Part shown: one piece after another, positions 8,154-18,127 of the stretch | Numbering within the stretch: the first letter of the stretch is position 1 | Layout: each line of letters begins with the position of its first letter | Source of the DNA: Verrucomicrobiota bacterium | GTDB taxonomy: Bacteria; Verrucomicrobiota; Verrucomicrobiia; Limisphaerales; AAA164-E04 | Direction of reading: 5' to 3' | Assembly (NCBI GenBank): GCA_047947115.1 | Contig: CP170459.1 | Span: 4,320,001-4,384,000 of the forward strand | Length of the DNA stretch: 64,000 bases | The notes under the pieces: model-generated | What the model saw: only the letters and a program-made list of their open reading frames with translations | The model's database searches: none | Told to the model about the DNA's origin: nothing | Translations under genes and position numbers: made by a program

Positions 8154-10463
8154 ATGGAAACAGAACCACTCGCACAACCCTTGGCGACATTGGACTGGGT
8201 GATCATTGCCTTGTTCATACTCGGCTCACTGGCCATCGGTATATTCCTGGCGAGACGAGCCCGCAGTTCCACCGACGACTACTTCAAAGGAGGCGGCAAC
8301 ATGGGTTGGCTGATGCTTGGGACCTCCATGGTGGCCACAGCCTTTGCCGCAGACACTCCCCTCGCCCTCACCGGCTGGGTGGTGACCAAGGGGATTTCAC
8401 AAAACTGGTTCTGGTGGTCCATGGTTCCCATCACGATGCTCGGGGTATTCTTTTATGCGCCACTCTGGAAACGCGCCAACCCCCAGACGGATATGGAACT
8501 GGTCTATCAACGCTACTCCGGCAAATCCGCCAGCGCCCTGCGCGTCGGCAAGGCGCTTTGGCTGGCGTTTCCCTTTGGATGTGTGAACATGGGGTGGGTC
8601 AACAAGGCCATGACGGTGATCATCAGTTACACCGTCCCGGAATTCCCCCGCATACCGATAGTCGATTCCCTGATCCTCTGGCTGGTCATGGCAACTCCTT
8701 TATCTGGGAATGTGGATTCAAACATACGTCAAGCCGTCCAGTCCAATCAACTGGAACCCATGCAAATAGCCTATGAGACCGGCATGCTTCGGCAGCCGGC
8801 CTTCTGGTCGACGTTTCAATCGGGAGCTTATGGTCCGACGTCCACCGCCGAAAGCGATACGCAGCTCAGGCAAGAGGCGTGGAGCAACCTGAAACTGAGA
8901 GGATCGTATGACTTGAGCACGCCCCTGTCCCTTCCGGGAGTATCCGACGGTCTTGTGCCCGCTTCCTGGGATGCGCTGGAGTTCACCCATCAAATCTACC
9001 TGATTTGTTCAACCGTCAACCAATACAAAGTGTTGTTCCTCCTTTTTCTGGTGGTCATTGCTTACACGGCGATTTCCGGTCTGTGGGGTGTCATGGTGAC
9101 GGATTTCATCCAGTTTTGGATTGCCATGGCGGGGTGTGTCATTCTGGCGGTGATGGCGGTGAATCAAGTGGGCGGATTGGAGGCGTTGTTCAGTAAAATG
9201 AACGAACTTTATGGAAGTGAACGATCCGCCGCCATGATGGCCCTGTTTCCGAAGGCCAACTCCGCGGAATTCGGACTGTTCACGCGCCCTGAGTTTTGGT
9301 TGTTGATCCTGATTTTCTGGTGGTCTTACGCCTTTACCGATGGCGGCTCCTTCTTTGCCCAACGCATGTTGAGCGCTCGGGATGAACGTCAGGCCGCGCT
9401 GGGATACCTCTGGTATGGGGTCGCGCACTATGCACTACGCATGTGGCCTTGGTTGCTGGTGGGATTTGTTGCCGCGGTCATGTTCCCGCACGTGGCATCT
9501 GCCAATGGCACCATGCCGGAAGGCGCCCTTGCGGAAGCGGGTTATGTGCGTGTGATGCTGGCGGTTATTCCCACAGGCATTCTCGGTTTGATGGTCGCGT
9601 CCTTGTTTGCAGCTTACATGTCCACGATTTCGACATGGGTCAATCTGGGGGCATCCTATTTGATCAATGACGTCTACCGCCCCTTCATCGCTCCGGGCAG
9701 AGAACGTCGCATTCAACAGTCGACAGGCAATTCCGATTTCTCCTTCTCGGAGAAACATTACGTCCGCTGGGGCATCCTGGCGACATTATTGATTGCCCTG
9801 GCAGGGATTGTGGTTGCGCTGTTCATGAACACCGTTTCGGGTGCATGGTTTTTCCTGGCAGGATTCAATGGCGGGATCGGCGTCATTTATCTGCTCCGCT
9901 GGTATTGGTGGCGCATCAACGCCTGGGCGGAGCTGGTCTGCCTGATCTCGCTGCTGTTGCTGTCCCTGGGTATGTTTGCGCTCAAGGATTCCATGATCGC
10001 AGAGTCCACCCTCATCCTCATGAAAGGAACCGATTTCGCCATCCCCATTGCATCGCTGTTTGATTTTCCCTTCAGCCTGCTGGTGACAGTCCCCATCAGT
10101 GTCCTGCTCGCCATCGCGGCCAGTTTTCTGACGCCACAAACCGATGTGTCCGTGTTGAAATCCTTTCATAAAAAGGTTCAGGCCGGGGGCTTGGGATGGA
10201 GGAAAATCGACGAACTCGTCCGTGCGGATGATCCGACTTTCAAAGCTCATTCACCGCTCAATCTCAGAAACCTGATTCTATGGATTCTGTCTTCTGCGGG
10301 TGTTTGCTTCTGGCTGATCGGATTGGGCAAGGTCATCATAGGTGACGCCTTCGTGGAGGCCCCCTCTTTCTCTCCGAGATGGTTGGGTATCTTCATGCTC
10401 GTCGCCGGCTCAATCTGCATCGGTGCCGTGGCCAAATTTTTCCCTGATCAAAAAGCATCTTAA
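8154..10463 (+). CDS. sodium:solute symporter family protein
   Basis: GTSMVATAFAADT, GLWGVMVTDFIQF, AQRMLSA, AAYMST, LLRWYWWRINAW; many TM helices. Confidence 0.9.
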   Translation: METEPLAQPLATLDWVIIALFILGSLAIGIFLARRARSSTDDYFKGGGNMGWLMLGTSMVATAFAADTPLALTGWVVTKGISQNWFWWSMVPITMLGVFFYAPLWKRANPQTDMELVYQRYSGKSASALRVGKALWLAFPFGCVNMGWVNKAMTVIISYTVPEFPRIPIVDSLILWLVMATPLSGNVDSNIRQAVQSNQLEPMQIAYETGMLRQPAFWSTFQSGAYGPTSTAESDTQLRQEAWSNLKLRGSYDLSTPLSLPGVSDGLVPASWDALEFTHQIYLICSTVNQYKVLFLLFLVVIAYTAISGLWGVMVTDFIQFWIAMAGCVILAVMAVNQVGGLEALFSKMNELYGSERSAAMMALFPKANSAEFGLFTRPEFWLLILIFWWSYAFTDGGSFFAQRMLSARDERQAALGYLWYGVAHYALRMWPWLLVGFVAAVMFPHVASANGTMPEGALAEAGYVRVMLAVIPTGILGLMVASLFAAYMSTISTWVNLGASYLINDVYRPFIAPGRERRIQQSTGNSDFSFSEKHYVRWGILATLLIALAGIVVALFMNTVSGAWFFLAGFNGGIGVIYLLRWYWWRINAWAELVCLISLLLLSLGMFALKDSMIAESTLILMKGTDFAIPIASLFDFPFSLLVTVPISVLLAIAASFLTPQTDVSVLKSFHKKVQAGGLGWRKIDELVRADDPTFKAHSPLNLRNLILWILSSAGVCFWLIGLGKVIIGDAFVEAPSFSPRWLGIFMLVAGSICIGAVAKFFPDQKAS

Positions 10464-10475
10464 CGATTCTAAAAC

Positions 10476-11972
10476 ATGTCGACCGAAGTCATTCATCCTT
10501 TAATTCCACTTCCCCAATCCTTTCGCAAGGATGAAGGAAGATTCAACTGCAAACCCACGCTGACAATCGCCTTTGAAACCTGTTCCGATGCGGTTTCCCA
10601 CGCCGGAAAATTGCTGGAGGAATGGCTCAAAGTACGCCAGCCCGAACTGACATGTGAGGTCTTGAACGGATCATCAGACATTCGTTTCCTGGAAGAAAAT
10701 TCGGAGAATGAGGAAGCATACACACTGACGATCACACCCGACCAGATCACCATCCGGGGCAGTCAAACCGGATGGGTACGCGCCGCTGCGGCACTGGTAA
10801 TGCTTTATGATCAGGGAGGATGGAACGCTTGCCATATCGAGGATGCGCCGCGATTCAGCTGGCGCGGCATGCATCTGGATGTCTGTCGACATTTTTACCC
10901 TGTGCGATTGGTGAAACGTCTCATCGATGTCATGGCGCTGCACCGGATGAATACATTTCACTGGCATCTGACCGATGACCAGGGTTGGCGCATCGATATC
11001 AAGGCATTCCCGCCATTGTCCAACATCTCGGCATGGAGGGACAAGGATGGAGAAACGTATGGGGGCTACTATACCGCCGAAGACATTCGAGAGGTTCTGG
11101 CATATGCGCAAGAACGCAAAATTCAAGTGGTGCCGGAAATCGAGATGCCCGGACACGCCCTTGCCACCTTGTCGGCTTTTCCCGAATTATCCTGTGCAGG
11201 CGGACCCTTCCAGGTTTCCAATACCTGCGGCATCTTTGACGACGTTTACTGCGCAGGCAAGGAAGCCACTTTTGATTTTCTAGAAAAGGTTTTGGAGGAG
11301 GTGTGCGAATTGTTCCCCGGTCCTTACATCCATGTTGGGGGCGATGAATGCCCCAAAACCCGATGGAAAACATGCCCTGACTGCCAGTCCCGCATGAAGC
11401 AGGAAGGATTGAAAGACGAGAACGAATTGCAAAGTTGGTTCGTTTCCCGGATGGGCCGTTTTCTGGATTCCAAAGGAAAACACATGATCGGCTGGGATGA
11501 AATACTGGAAGGAGGACTCCCTCCAACCGCGATCGTGATGTCATGGAGAGGCGTCGCCGGGGGTGTTGAAGCGGCTCGAATGGGGCACGATGTCATCATG
11601 TCACCCACCACACATTGCTATTTCGATTACCGCCAATCGACCGAACCCGAAGAACCGGGCAACCTGGGAATCATTCCGATCGACACCGTTTATGATTACG
11701 ATCCGGTGCCGGAAGAGCTGGACGCCAAAGCGGCATCCAGAGTATTGGGGGTTCAAGCCAACATTTGGACTGAACGCATGCCATCCTGGAAACTGCTGGA
11801 GTATATGGTGCTGCCCAGACTGTGTGCATTATCAGAAGTGGCCTGGACATCGCCAAAGCAAAAAAACTGGAAACATTTTGAGGATCGACTCAATCGACAC
11901 CTCGGTTTTCTGAAAGCATATGGATACACCTACCGCCACCCCCTTCGCGAAAACAGGGAATTCCCGCTTTAA
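10476..11972 (+). CDS. beta-N-acetylhexosaminidase (GH20)
   Basis: RGMHLDVCRHF, HWHLTDDQGWR, PEIEMPGH, HVGGDE catalytic motif. Confidence 0.95.
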   Translation: MSTEVIHPLIPLPQSFRKDEGRFNCKPTLTIAFETCSDAVSHAGKLLEEWLKVRQPELTCEVLNGSSDIRFLEENSENEEAYTLTITPDQITIRGSQTGWVRAAAALVMLYDQGGWNACHIEDAPRFSWRGMHLDVCRHFYPVRLVKRLIDVMALHRMNTFHWHLTDDQGWRIDIKAFPPLSNISAWRDKDGETYGGYYTAEDIREVLAYAQERKIQVVPEIEMPGHALATLSAFPELSCAGGPFQVSNTCGIFDDVYCAGKEATFDFLEKVLEEVCELFPGPYIHVGGDECPKTRWKTCPDCQSRMKQEGLKDENELQSWFVSRMGRFLDSKGKHMIGWDEILEGGLPPTAIVMSWRGVAGGVEAARMGHDVIMSPTTHCYFDYRQSTEPEEPGNLGIIPIDTVYDYDPVPEELDAKAASRVLGVQANIWTERMPSWKLLEYMVLPRLCALSEVAWTSPKQKNWKHFEDRLNRHLGFLKAYGYTYRHPLRENREFPL

Positions 11973-12155
11973 AGAGAAAAAGGAACGGGTGCAGTCAACC
12001 ACATGTTTTGAGAATAGTCCGAACCTCAAAGCGGCAATGGCTGCGATTCGTCGGGCAGGCCCGGTGGTCAAAAGTAAATGTGAATACGTTCAGGCGATCA
12101 GGTTTGGCAAACACATTGGAAGCGTAGCCACCGAAAAAGCATTGCCCCGAACAAT

Positions 12156-13616
12156 CTACTCCGTTTCTTCCAAAGCAAAAGATTCCTCGGGAGCCCGGAC
12201 CAACCGTTTGCGCCCGACCACGGCGAACCATAGCACGCCCGCGGCAAACCAGATGGCCGCCCCCCAAACGGCGGGTCGATAAGCGGGATCCACCACAAAC
12301 AACGCCACCAGGGTCACCACAGAAACCACCAGTGCAAACCAGGCTCCGATCAATCCCAGCGGACTCCGATAGGGACGATTCATGTGTGCAAAACGACTAC
12401 GCAATCGAATGAAGGAAACCATCTGAAAAACATAGGCGATCACTGCTCCAAACACTGCCATATTCAACAAAGCAGCCCCTACAGAGCTATCCGAACCGGC
12501 GTAGTGGATAATCAATGCAAACACATACCCGATCACGGCTCCAGCAATCAAAGCCATGGCTGGCGTTTTGCGGCTCGAGTGTGTCAGCGACAATACCTGT
12601 GGAAAATAACCCGCTCGTGACAACGAATAAATTTGCCGGCCATAAGCGTAAATGATCGTATGGAAACTCGCGATCAAACCGGCCACAGCCACCAGGGCCA
12701 GTATTCGACTGCCGGCTCCTTCCCCAAATATGGTTTTGAAACCCTCGAACAAAGGTTCATCCGTGCTGCCAATGACCTGCGCGCCGGGGGCAATACCAGC
12801 ATTCAAAATCAACGTGGCAAAAGCGCAAATAATCAAAGTGAACAAACCGGTAACGATCCCTTTTGGAAGGTCTTTTTGAGGTTGATGTGATTCTTCCGCC
12901 GCCAATGGAAGTTGTTCGATGGCGAGATAAAACCAAATGGCAAACGGCAGCGCCGCAAACACCCCCTTCCATCCTCTGGGCAGCCATCTGCTTCCGCCTT
13001 CATCCGGAGGAATGTTCAAAGCCTGCTGCAAATCAAAATGCCCCACGGCCCCGACATAAAACACCGCCAGGATCAACAGTGCCACAATGGTGATGATCAC
13101 TGAAAATCGAAACGATAATTCCACCCCCCAAATATTGAGCCCCACAAAAAGGATATAGGAAACCAACCACCATAACGGAGCCCAGCTGTCAGGCGTCCCA
13201 AAAATCGCTCCGAGATATCCGCCTATCCCCACCACGATCACAGCCGGAGTCAACACATACTCCATGTTCTCAGCCAGCCCGGTCAGATACCCGCCCCAAG
13301 GCCCCATCGAGGTCCGGGCAAATGAATACGCACCGCCGGTGTGCGGCATGGCGGCGGTCATCTCGGCTATACTGAAGCAAAGACCGACATACATCAATGT
13401 GATCACAAACGTGGCAATCAGCAACCCGCCAAAGCCCCCCGATGCCAAACCAAAATTCCAACCGAAGAAATCACCTGAAATAACAGCTCCCACGCCGAGT
13501 GCCCACAAATGAAACACCCGCGCAAAACGCTTGAGCTGTCGTTTTTCAAAATAATCGTGTTCCACTTCCCGATATGAAACAGAACCGCTGCCGGATTTGC
13601 TTTTTGGGTCAGTCAT
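12156..13616 (-). CDS. amino acid permease, ethanolamine permease-like (APC family)
   Basis: WALGVGAVISGDFFGWNFG, FAIWFYLAIEQLPLAAEE, RPYRSP. Confidence 0.85.
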   Translation of the reverse strand: MTDPKSKSGSGSVSYREVEHDYFEKRQLKRFARVFHLWALGVGAVISGDFFGWNFGLASGGFGGLLIATFVITLMYVGLCFSIAEMTAAMPHTGGAYSFARTSMGPWGGYLTGLAENMEYVLTPAVIVVGIGGYLGAIFGTPDSWAPLWWLVSYILFVGLNIWGVELSFRFSVIITIVALLILAVFYVGAVGHFDLQQALNIPPDEGGSRWLPRGWKGVFAALPFAIWFYLAIEQLPLAAEESHQPQKDLPKGIVTGLFTLIICAFATLILNAGIAPGAQVIGSTDEPLFEGFKTIFGEGAGSRILALVAVAGLIASFHTIIYAYGRQIYSLSRAGYFPQVLSLTHSSRKTPAMALIAGAVIGYVFALIIHYAGSDSSVGAALLNMAVFGAVIAYVFQMVSFIRLRSRFAHMNRPYRSPLGLIGAWFALVVSVVTLVALFVVDPAYRPAVWGAAIWFAAGVLWFAVVGRKRLVRAPEESFALEETE

Positions 13617-14929
13617 GATGTGATGGATGGGTTCCGGTCATCCCTGATGCTCCTTTCAACAGCCGCATAGACAGTCTGAATAGAGACTTGAGCCGCCTCG
13701 GCTGCTTGACGACATGATTCGTATTCAGGCGTCACGCGGATGATGTCCCCATCAAGAAAACCTGTTTTCGTCTGAATCTCCCCGTACGGTGTCTTGATGC
13801 TGCCGAGGGACCGCTTAAGCTTACGACGTTCCATGGTGGCACTACGCACGCCGAAAGCTGTCGTTTCGGTCAGAATCAAGTCCCTGAACTCGGAAACATC
13901 CCTCGGCTGACACAGCACACTCAACAACACGCCCGGACGGTGCTTCTTCATCTGAATGGGCGTATAATAAACATCGAGCGCCCCACGCTTCAAAGCAAGT
14001 TCCATGAAGTGTCCGATAATCTCGGGACGGCAGTCATCCAAATTGGTCTCCAACAGAACAACGGTGTCGGATTCCAAATCACCATCCACCTCTGAACCAA
14101 CCGTTTCACCCAGAATCGCCCGCAGCACATTGGGTTTCCCTGGTATATCCCGCCCTCCCAATCCATAGCCCACTTTGCGGGCCACCAATCCGCGCATGGG
14201 ACCAAAGGACTCCCCAAATTCTGCCAACAAGGCGGCCCCGGTGGGCGTAACCAATTCATAAGGCACATCACACTGCGTCAGGCTGATCCCGGCTTCTCCC
14301 AATATGGACAATGTCGCCATGGTTGGCACAGGGAACTTGCCGTGAGCACAGTGGACAAATCCGGTTCCTTCCACCACTGGAGCGGACAGCACTTTCGGAC
14401 ATCCCAGCGCTTCCAACGCAATGCATGCCCCAAGGATATCCACAATCGAATCGACCGCCCCAACCTCGTGAAAATGCACCTTTTCTGGCGGCAAGCCATG
14501 CACTTTCCCTTCGGCAATGGCGATGCGATGAAAGACTGCAATCGATCGACGTTTCACCCAATCAGAAAGTGGGCTTTCTTCGATCAATGTCTTTATTTGA
14601 GCGTAATTCCGGGCATGTTGATCATCATGCCCATGGTCCTCGATCCCCCCATGCGAATGGGTATGTGAATGGTGATCGTGAGAGTGCGAGTGTCCGTGAT
14701 GATGGTGGTGATGGGAGTGATTGGATTCAGGTTGATCCAGTATCACATCGAATTTGACACCCTCCACACTGGAGCGTGCGTCGCGATAAATATTCAGTTT
14801 GTAATTTCCGACCGGTATGGAGGCCAACTGCTCTCGCAGATGGGATTCATCCAAGCCCAGATCCAGCATGGCTCCCAGGAACATGTCCCCGCTGATGCCG
14901 CTAAAAATATCAAGATAGAGTGTCTGCAT
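13613..14929 (-). CDS. larC: nickel pincer cofactor Ni-insertase LarC
   Basis: GISGDMFLGA, His-rich tract, HFHEVGAVDSIVD, TPTGAA, LETNLDD, MKKHRPG. Confidence 0.92.
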   Translation of the reverse strand: MQTLYLDIFSGISGDMFLGAMLDLGLDESHLREQLASIPVGNYKLNIYRDARSSVEGVKFDVILDQPESNHSHHHHHHGHSHSHDHHSHTHSHGGIEDHGHDDQHARNYAQIKTLIEESPLSDWVKRRSIAVFHRIAIAEGKVHGLPPEKVHFHEVGAVDSIVDILGACIALEALGCPKVLSAPVVEGTGFVHCAHGKFPVPTMATLSILGEAGISLTQCDVPYELVTPTGAALLAEFGESFGPMRGLVARKVGYGLGGRDIPGKPNVLRAILGETVGSEVDGDLESDTVVLLETNLDDCRPEIIGHFMELALKRGALDVYYTPIQMKKHRPGVLLSVLCQPRDVSEFRDLILTETTAFGVRSATMERRKLKRSLGSIKTPYGEIQTKTGFLDGDIIRVTPEYESCRQAAEAAQVSIQTVYAAVERSIRDDRNPSITS

Positions 14930-14949
14930 AGAAAATCGAACGCGGTTCG

Positions 14950-15723
14950 TCAGGATTGGGATTTTGAGGCGCGTGCAATGAGCGAAGTTATTTGACTGGC
15001 GGCATAGGCGGCGCCGAACCCGTTATCGATGTTCACCACCGTGACGCCACTGCCACAACTGGTCAACATGCCAAGCAAAGCCGCAACCCCTTTGAAACTT
15101 GCTCCGTAACCCACACTGGTTGGAACGGCCACGACCGGCTGAGCAACCAAACCGGCAACAACGCTGGGTAAGGCCCCTTCCATCCCGGCGGTTACAATGA
15201 TCACATCAGCCTCCTGAAAGCGTGGCAATTGTGCGAGCAAGCGATGCAATCCCGCCACCCCCACATCGTAGATTCGATCCACCACATTTCCCATGGTCTC
15301 AGCCGTCACGGCCGCTTCTTCAGCCACTGGCAAATCGGTGGTTCCTGCGGAGACCACACATACCTTACCCAGTTTGACAGGTATCGGATGCTGGTTCCAA
15401 ACGAGACAACGAGCGGTGGCATGATAGGTGACATGACTGAGTGAGGATTGAACCTTGGCCGCGTCCTCAGATCCGATGCGCGTCACGAGCACGGCGTGAG
15501 ATGTTTGAGAAAGCTGCTGAACGATACCGAGAATCTGTTCAGGAGTTTTTCCCTCTCCAAAAACCACTTCCGGAAAACCTTTTCGCAAGGCACGGTGGGT
15601 ATCCACTTTGGCAAACCCCATGTCAACAAACGGAGCCTGCTGAAAGGCGCGCAGGGTTTCATCCCTGGTGATGCTGCCCTCCTGGAACTGATCGAGTAAT
15701 TTTACGGCTTCTTCAGGTGTCAC
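14950..15723 (-). CDS. larB: nickel pincer cofactor biosynthesis protein LarB
   Basis: RKGFPEVVFGEGKT, AGTTDLPVAEEA, DVGVAGLHRL, AGMEGALPSV, PTSVGYG, VNIDNGFGA. Confidence 0.92.
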   Translation of the reverse strand: MTPEEAVKLLDQFQEGSITRDETLRAFQQAPFVDMGFAKVDTHRALRKGFPEVVFGEGKTPEQILGIVQQLSQTSHAVLVTRIGSEDAAKVQSSLSHVTYHATARCLVWNQHPIPVKLGKVCVVSAGTTDLPVAEEAAVTAETMGNVVDRIYDVGVAGLHRLLAQLPRFQEADVIIVTAGMEGALPSVVAGLVAQPVVAVPTSVGYGASFKGVAALLGMLTSCGSGVTVVNIDNGFGAAYAASQITSLIARASKSQS

Positions 15724-15782
15724 GCCGAGGAAAATGCCACGTCCCGGGCCCCAGGTCACGTCGAAAGAAGGTTAAATAACAA

Positions 15783-16157
15783 TCAATCCATCTCCAATAC
15801 ATGATCCAGCAAATGGGCCAACTGATCCAGCACCCCCTCGCGCCCCGCGATCAACTTGGCTCCGGCAATGCGGGCCCGCTCTTGAAGCGCCTGGTCATCG
15901 AGATTGGCAAATGCCAAAACAGGAATGTGCTGGGTTTCCAGATCTTCCTTGAGTTCCCGTATCGCATCCGGAATGTCACCCGTTTTAGTGTCCAGATCGG
16001 CAACCAGGACCATTGGTTTATGTTTTCGGACTTCGGCAACCAGTTTGAGGGGATCCGTCGCCGACACCACACGATAGCCAAGATCCTGCAACCGGTTCAC
16101 CACCTGGCTACCCGGCATCAGTTTCTCGTAAAATAAAAGCACCAATGGCGACGGCAT
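15783..16157 (-). CDS. atypical stand-alone receiver-domain protein
   Basis: Receiver-like pattern (LQDLGYRVV, KPMVLVADL, ETQHIPVLAF, ARIAGA); lacks N-terminal acidic pair and KP motif. Confidence 0.65.
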   Translation of the reverse strand: MPSPLVLLFYEKLMPGSQVVNRLQDLGYRVVSATDPLKLVAEVRKHKPMVLVADLDTKTGDIPDAIRELKEDLETQHIPVLAFANLDDQALQERARIAGAKLIAGREGVLDQLAHLLDHVLEMD

Positions 16158-16199
16158 GGAGGCATTATGAACTCATTTGATTACGAAAATCAAAGCATT

Positions 16200-16763
16200 T
16201 CAGTCAGAAGATGATGAACTCAGCGGGCCGCCCACCTGAATGCTGTTCTTCAGGCAATAGCGGGTATTGGCAACATATTTGTCCGCCCAATGCCGCAAGC
16301 CTGCCCTTTGCTCCCCGCTCAACGGTTTCACCACCTTCGCGGGAGCCCCGAGAACCAGGGATCCCGGCGGAACAACCGTGCCTGAAGTTACCAAGGCATT
16401 GGCTCCCACGATACTTTGAGCGCCAATCACCGCTCCGTCGAGAACGGTGGCCCCCATCCCGATCAAACACTCATCCTCCACAGAGCAGGCATGGAGGATG
16501 GCCGAATGCCCCACCGTCACATAATTCCCAATGAGACACGGGTAGTCATCTGCCAGATGCACCACCGCATTGTCCTGAATATTGGAATGATGACCCACAA
16601 CAATGCGATTGATATCTCCCCGCAGAACAGCTCCATACCATACGCTGGACTCCTCCCCAATCGTTACATCACCGATAACCACTGCACCCTTGACGATGTA
16701 GGCATTATCGGCCACCACCGGCTTTCGGCTCCAGAAGGTGTCCAGTCGTTTCTCGAAATCCAT
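16200..16763 (-). CDS. gamma carbonic anhydrase family protein
   Basis: Hexapeptide repeats, LRGDIN, NIQDNAVVH, GHSAILHAC. Confidence 0.9.
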   Translation of the reverse strand: MDFEKRLDTFWSRKPVVADNAYIVKGAVVIGDVTIGEESSVWYGAVLRGDINRIVVGHHSNIQDNAVVHLADDYPCLIGNYVTVGHSAILHACSVEDECLIGMGATVLDGAVIGAQSIVGANALVTSGTVVPPGSLVLGAPAKVVKPLSGEQRAGLRHWADKYVANTRYCLKNSIQVGGPLSSSSSD

Positions 16764-16779
16764 GAGCCCCTTTTGGTAA

Positions 16780-17832
16780 TCAGGATTCAGGCAGCCACTG
16801 ATTTTTCAGAATCTTGGCAATGTCCATAAAGGACTGAGCTGCCGGAGAATCGGGATCGGTGGCTGCGATGGGTTTCCCGGCATCACCAGCTACTCGAATT
16901 TCCGGGAATATTGGCACTTCACCCAGGAAAGGGATTCCCTTGCGTTCGGATTCCCCTCGCCCACCGCCGTGGCCGAAGATTTCGACGCGTTCACCGTTCG
17001 GCGTGGTGTAATAGCTCATATTCTCAACGATCCCGAGGATAGGAACATTAACCTTTTCAAACATGGCGATCCCCTTCCGAACGACTCCCACGGACGCTTC
17101 TTGCGGAGTGGTAACGATCACACCCCCGTCCAACGGAACCGTTTGACACAAAGAGATTTGGGCATCACCAGTACCTGGAGGTAAATCAACGAGCAAGATA
17201 TCCAGCTCACCCCAATCCACACTACTGAAAAACTGCTGAATGGTTTTCATGATCATAGGGCCGCGCCAGATGACCGGTTGATCATCCGTCAACAGGAACC
17301 CCATGCTCATCAACTTGATACCATGACTGATCAAGGGAAGCATTTTCTGTTCCGGCGTGATGGAAGGACGGTCGTTCACCCCCATCATCAAGGGGATACT
17401 GGGCCCGTAGATATCGCAATCCAACAGCCCCACCTTCACTCCCAAGTGTTGCAAGGCACAGGAAAGATTGACGGAAAGAGTGGATTTCCCCACACCACCC
17501 TTGCCACTGGCAACGGCTACAATCCGCTTTAAACCTGGTATGTTGTGCTGGTTCTCAAAAGCGTTCCCAGTCTGTCCAGTCTGACCACTGCCCTGCGGGG
17601 CTTTGGCTTGGACATGCACGTAATCAATACCGGGAACCGCCTTCAACACCCGCTCAACTTCGCTTTTGATTTGAGCGGCAATATCAACCGTGCCACTGCT
17701 AAGCTCAAGACCCACACTAACGGCGTTGTTGTTGATGGCTACATTTTTAACCAAACCGAAGGACACAATATCCCTGGAATACCCAGGATATTTCACCTGT
17801 TTCAGAAGTTCTTTGATCTGTTCTGCTGTCAT
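16780..17832 (-). CDS. mrp: Mrp/NBP35 Fe-S cluster carrier ATPase
   Basis: ASGKGGVGKST, DIYGPS, WRGPM, DLPPGTGD, VTTPQ, ENMS; N-terminal YPGYSRDIVSFG domain. Confidence 0.92.
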   Translation of the reverse strand: MTAEQIKELLKQVKYPGYSRDIVSFGLVKNVAINNNAVSVGLELSSGTVDIAAQIKSEVERVLKAVPGIDYVHVQAKAPQGSGQTGQTGNAFENQHNIPGLKRIVAVASGKGGVGKSTLSVNLSCALQHLGVKVGLLDCDIYGPSIPLMMGVNDRPSITPEQKMLPLISHGIKLMSMGFLLTDDQPVIWRGPMIMKTIQQFFSSVDWGELDILLVDLPPGTGDAQISLCQTVPLDGGVIVTTPQEASVGVVRKGIAMFEKVNVPILGIVENMSYYTTPNGERVEIFGHGGGRGESERKGIPFLGEVPIFPEIRVAGDAGKPIAATDPDSPAAQSFMDIAKILKNQWLPES

Positions 17833-18127
17833 AAATGATTCAGGTTCATTATTAACCCCATTCATCCCAAAGGCCTGCAATACTCCCTTGCACCGCTGGG
17901 ACAGGGCATCTCCGAAAACCTGCCACGCCATCCTAACCTCGTTCAAGACTTTGGCAACCGACTTTTTGGACTGGCCTTTCAGAAAGTGCCACTCTATAGA
18001 TAGTTCTGCTTGATGCCGTCGAATACTTGTCAATACAGGCAGGGTATTCCGGGTCTTTATGGGATCAGCGGGAAACCTGGCCAAGGCCTTCAATGAGTGA
18101 GCGGAAGATTTACTGAAATAAAAAGCA

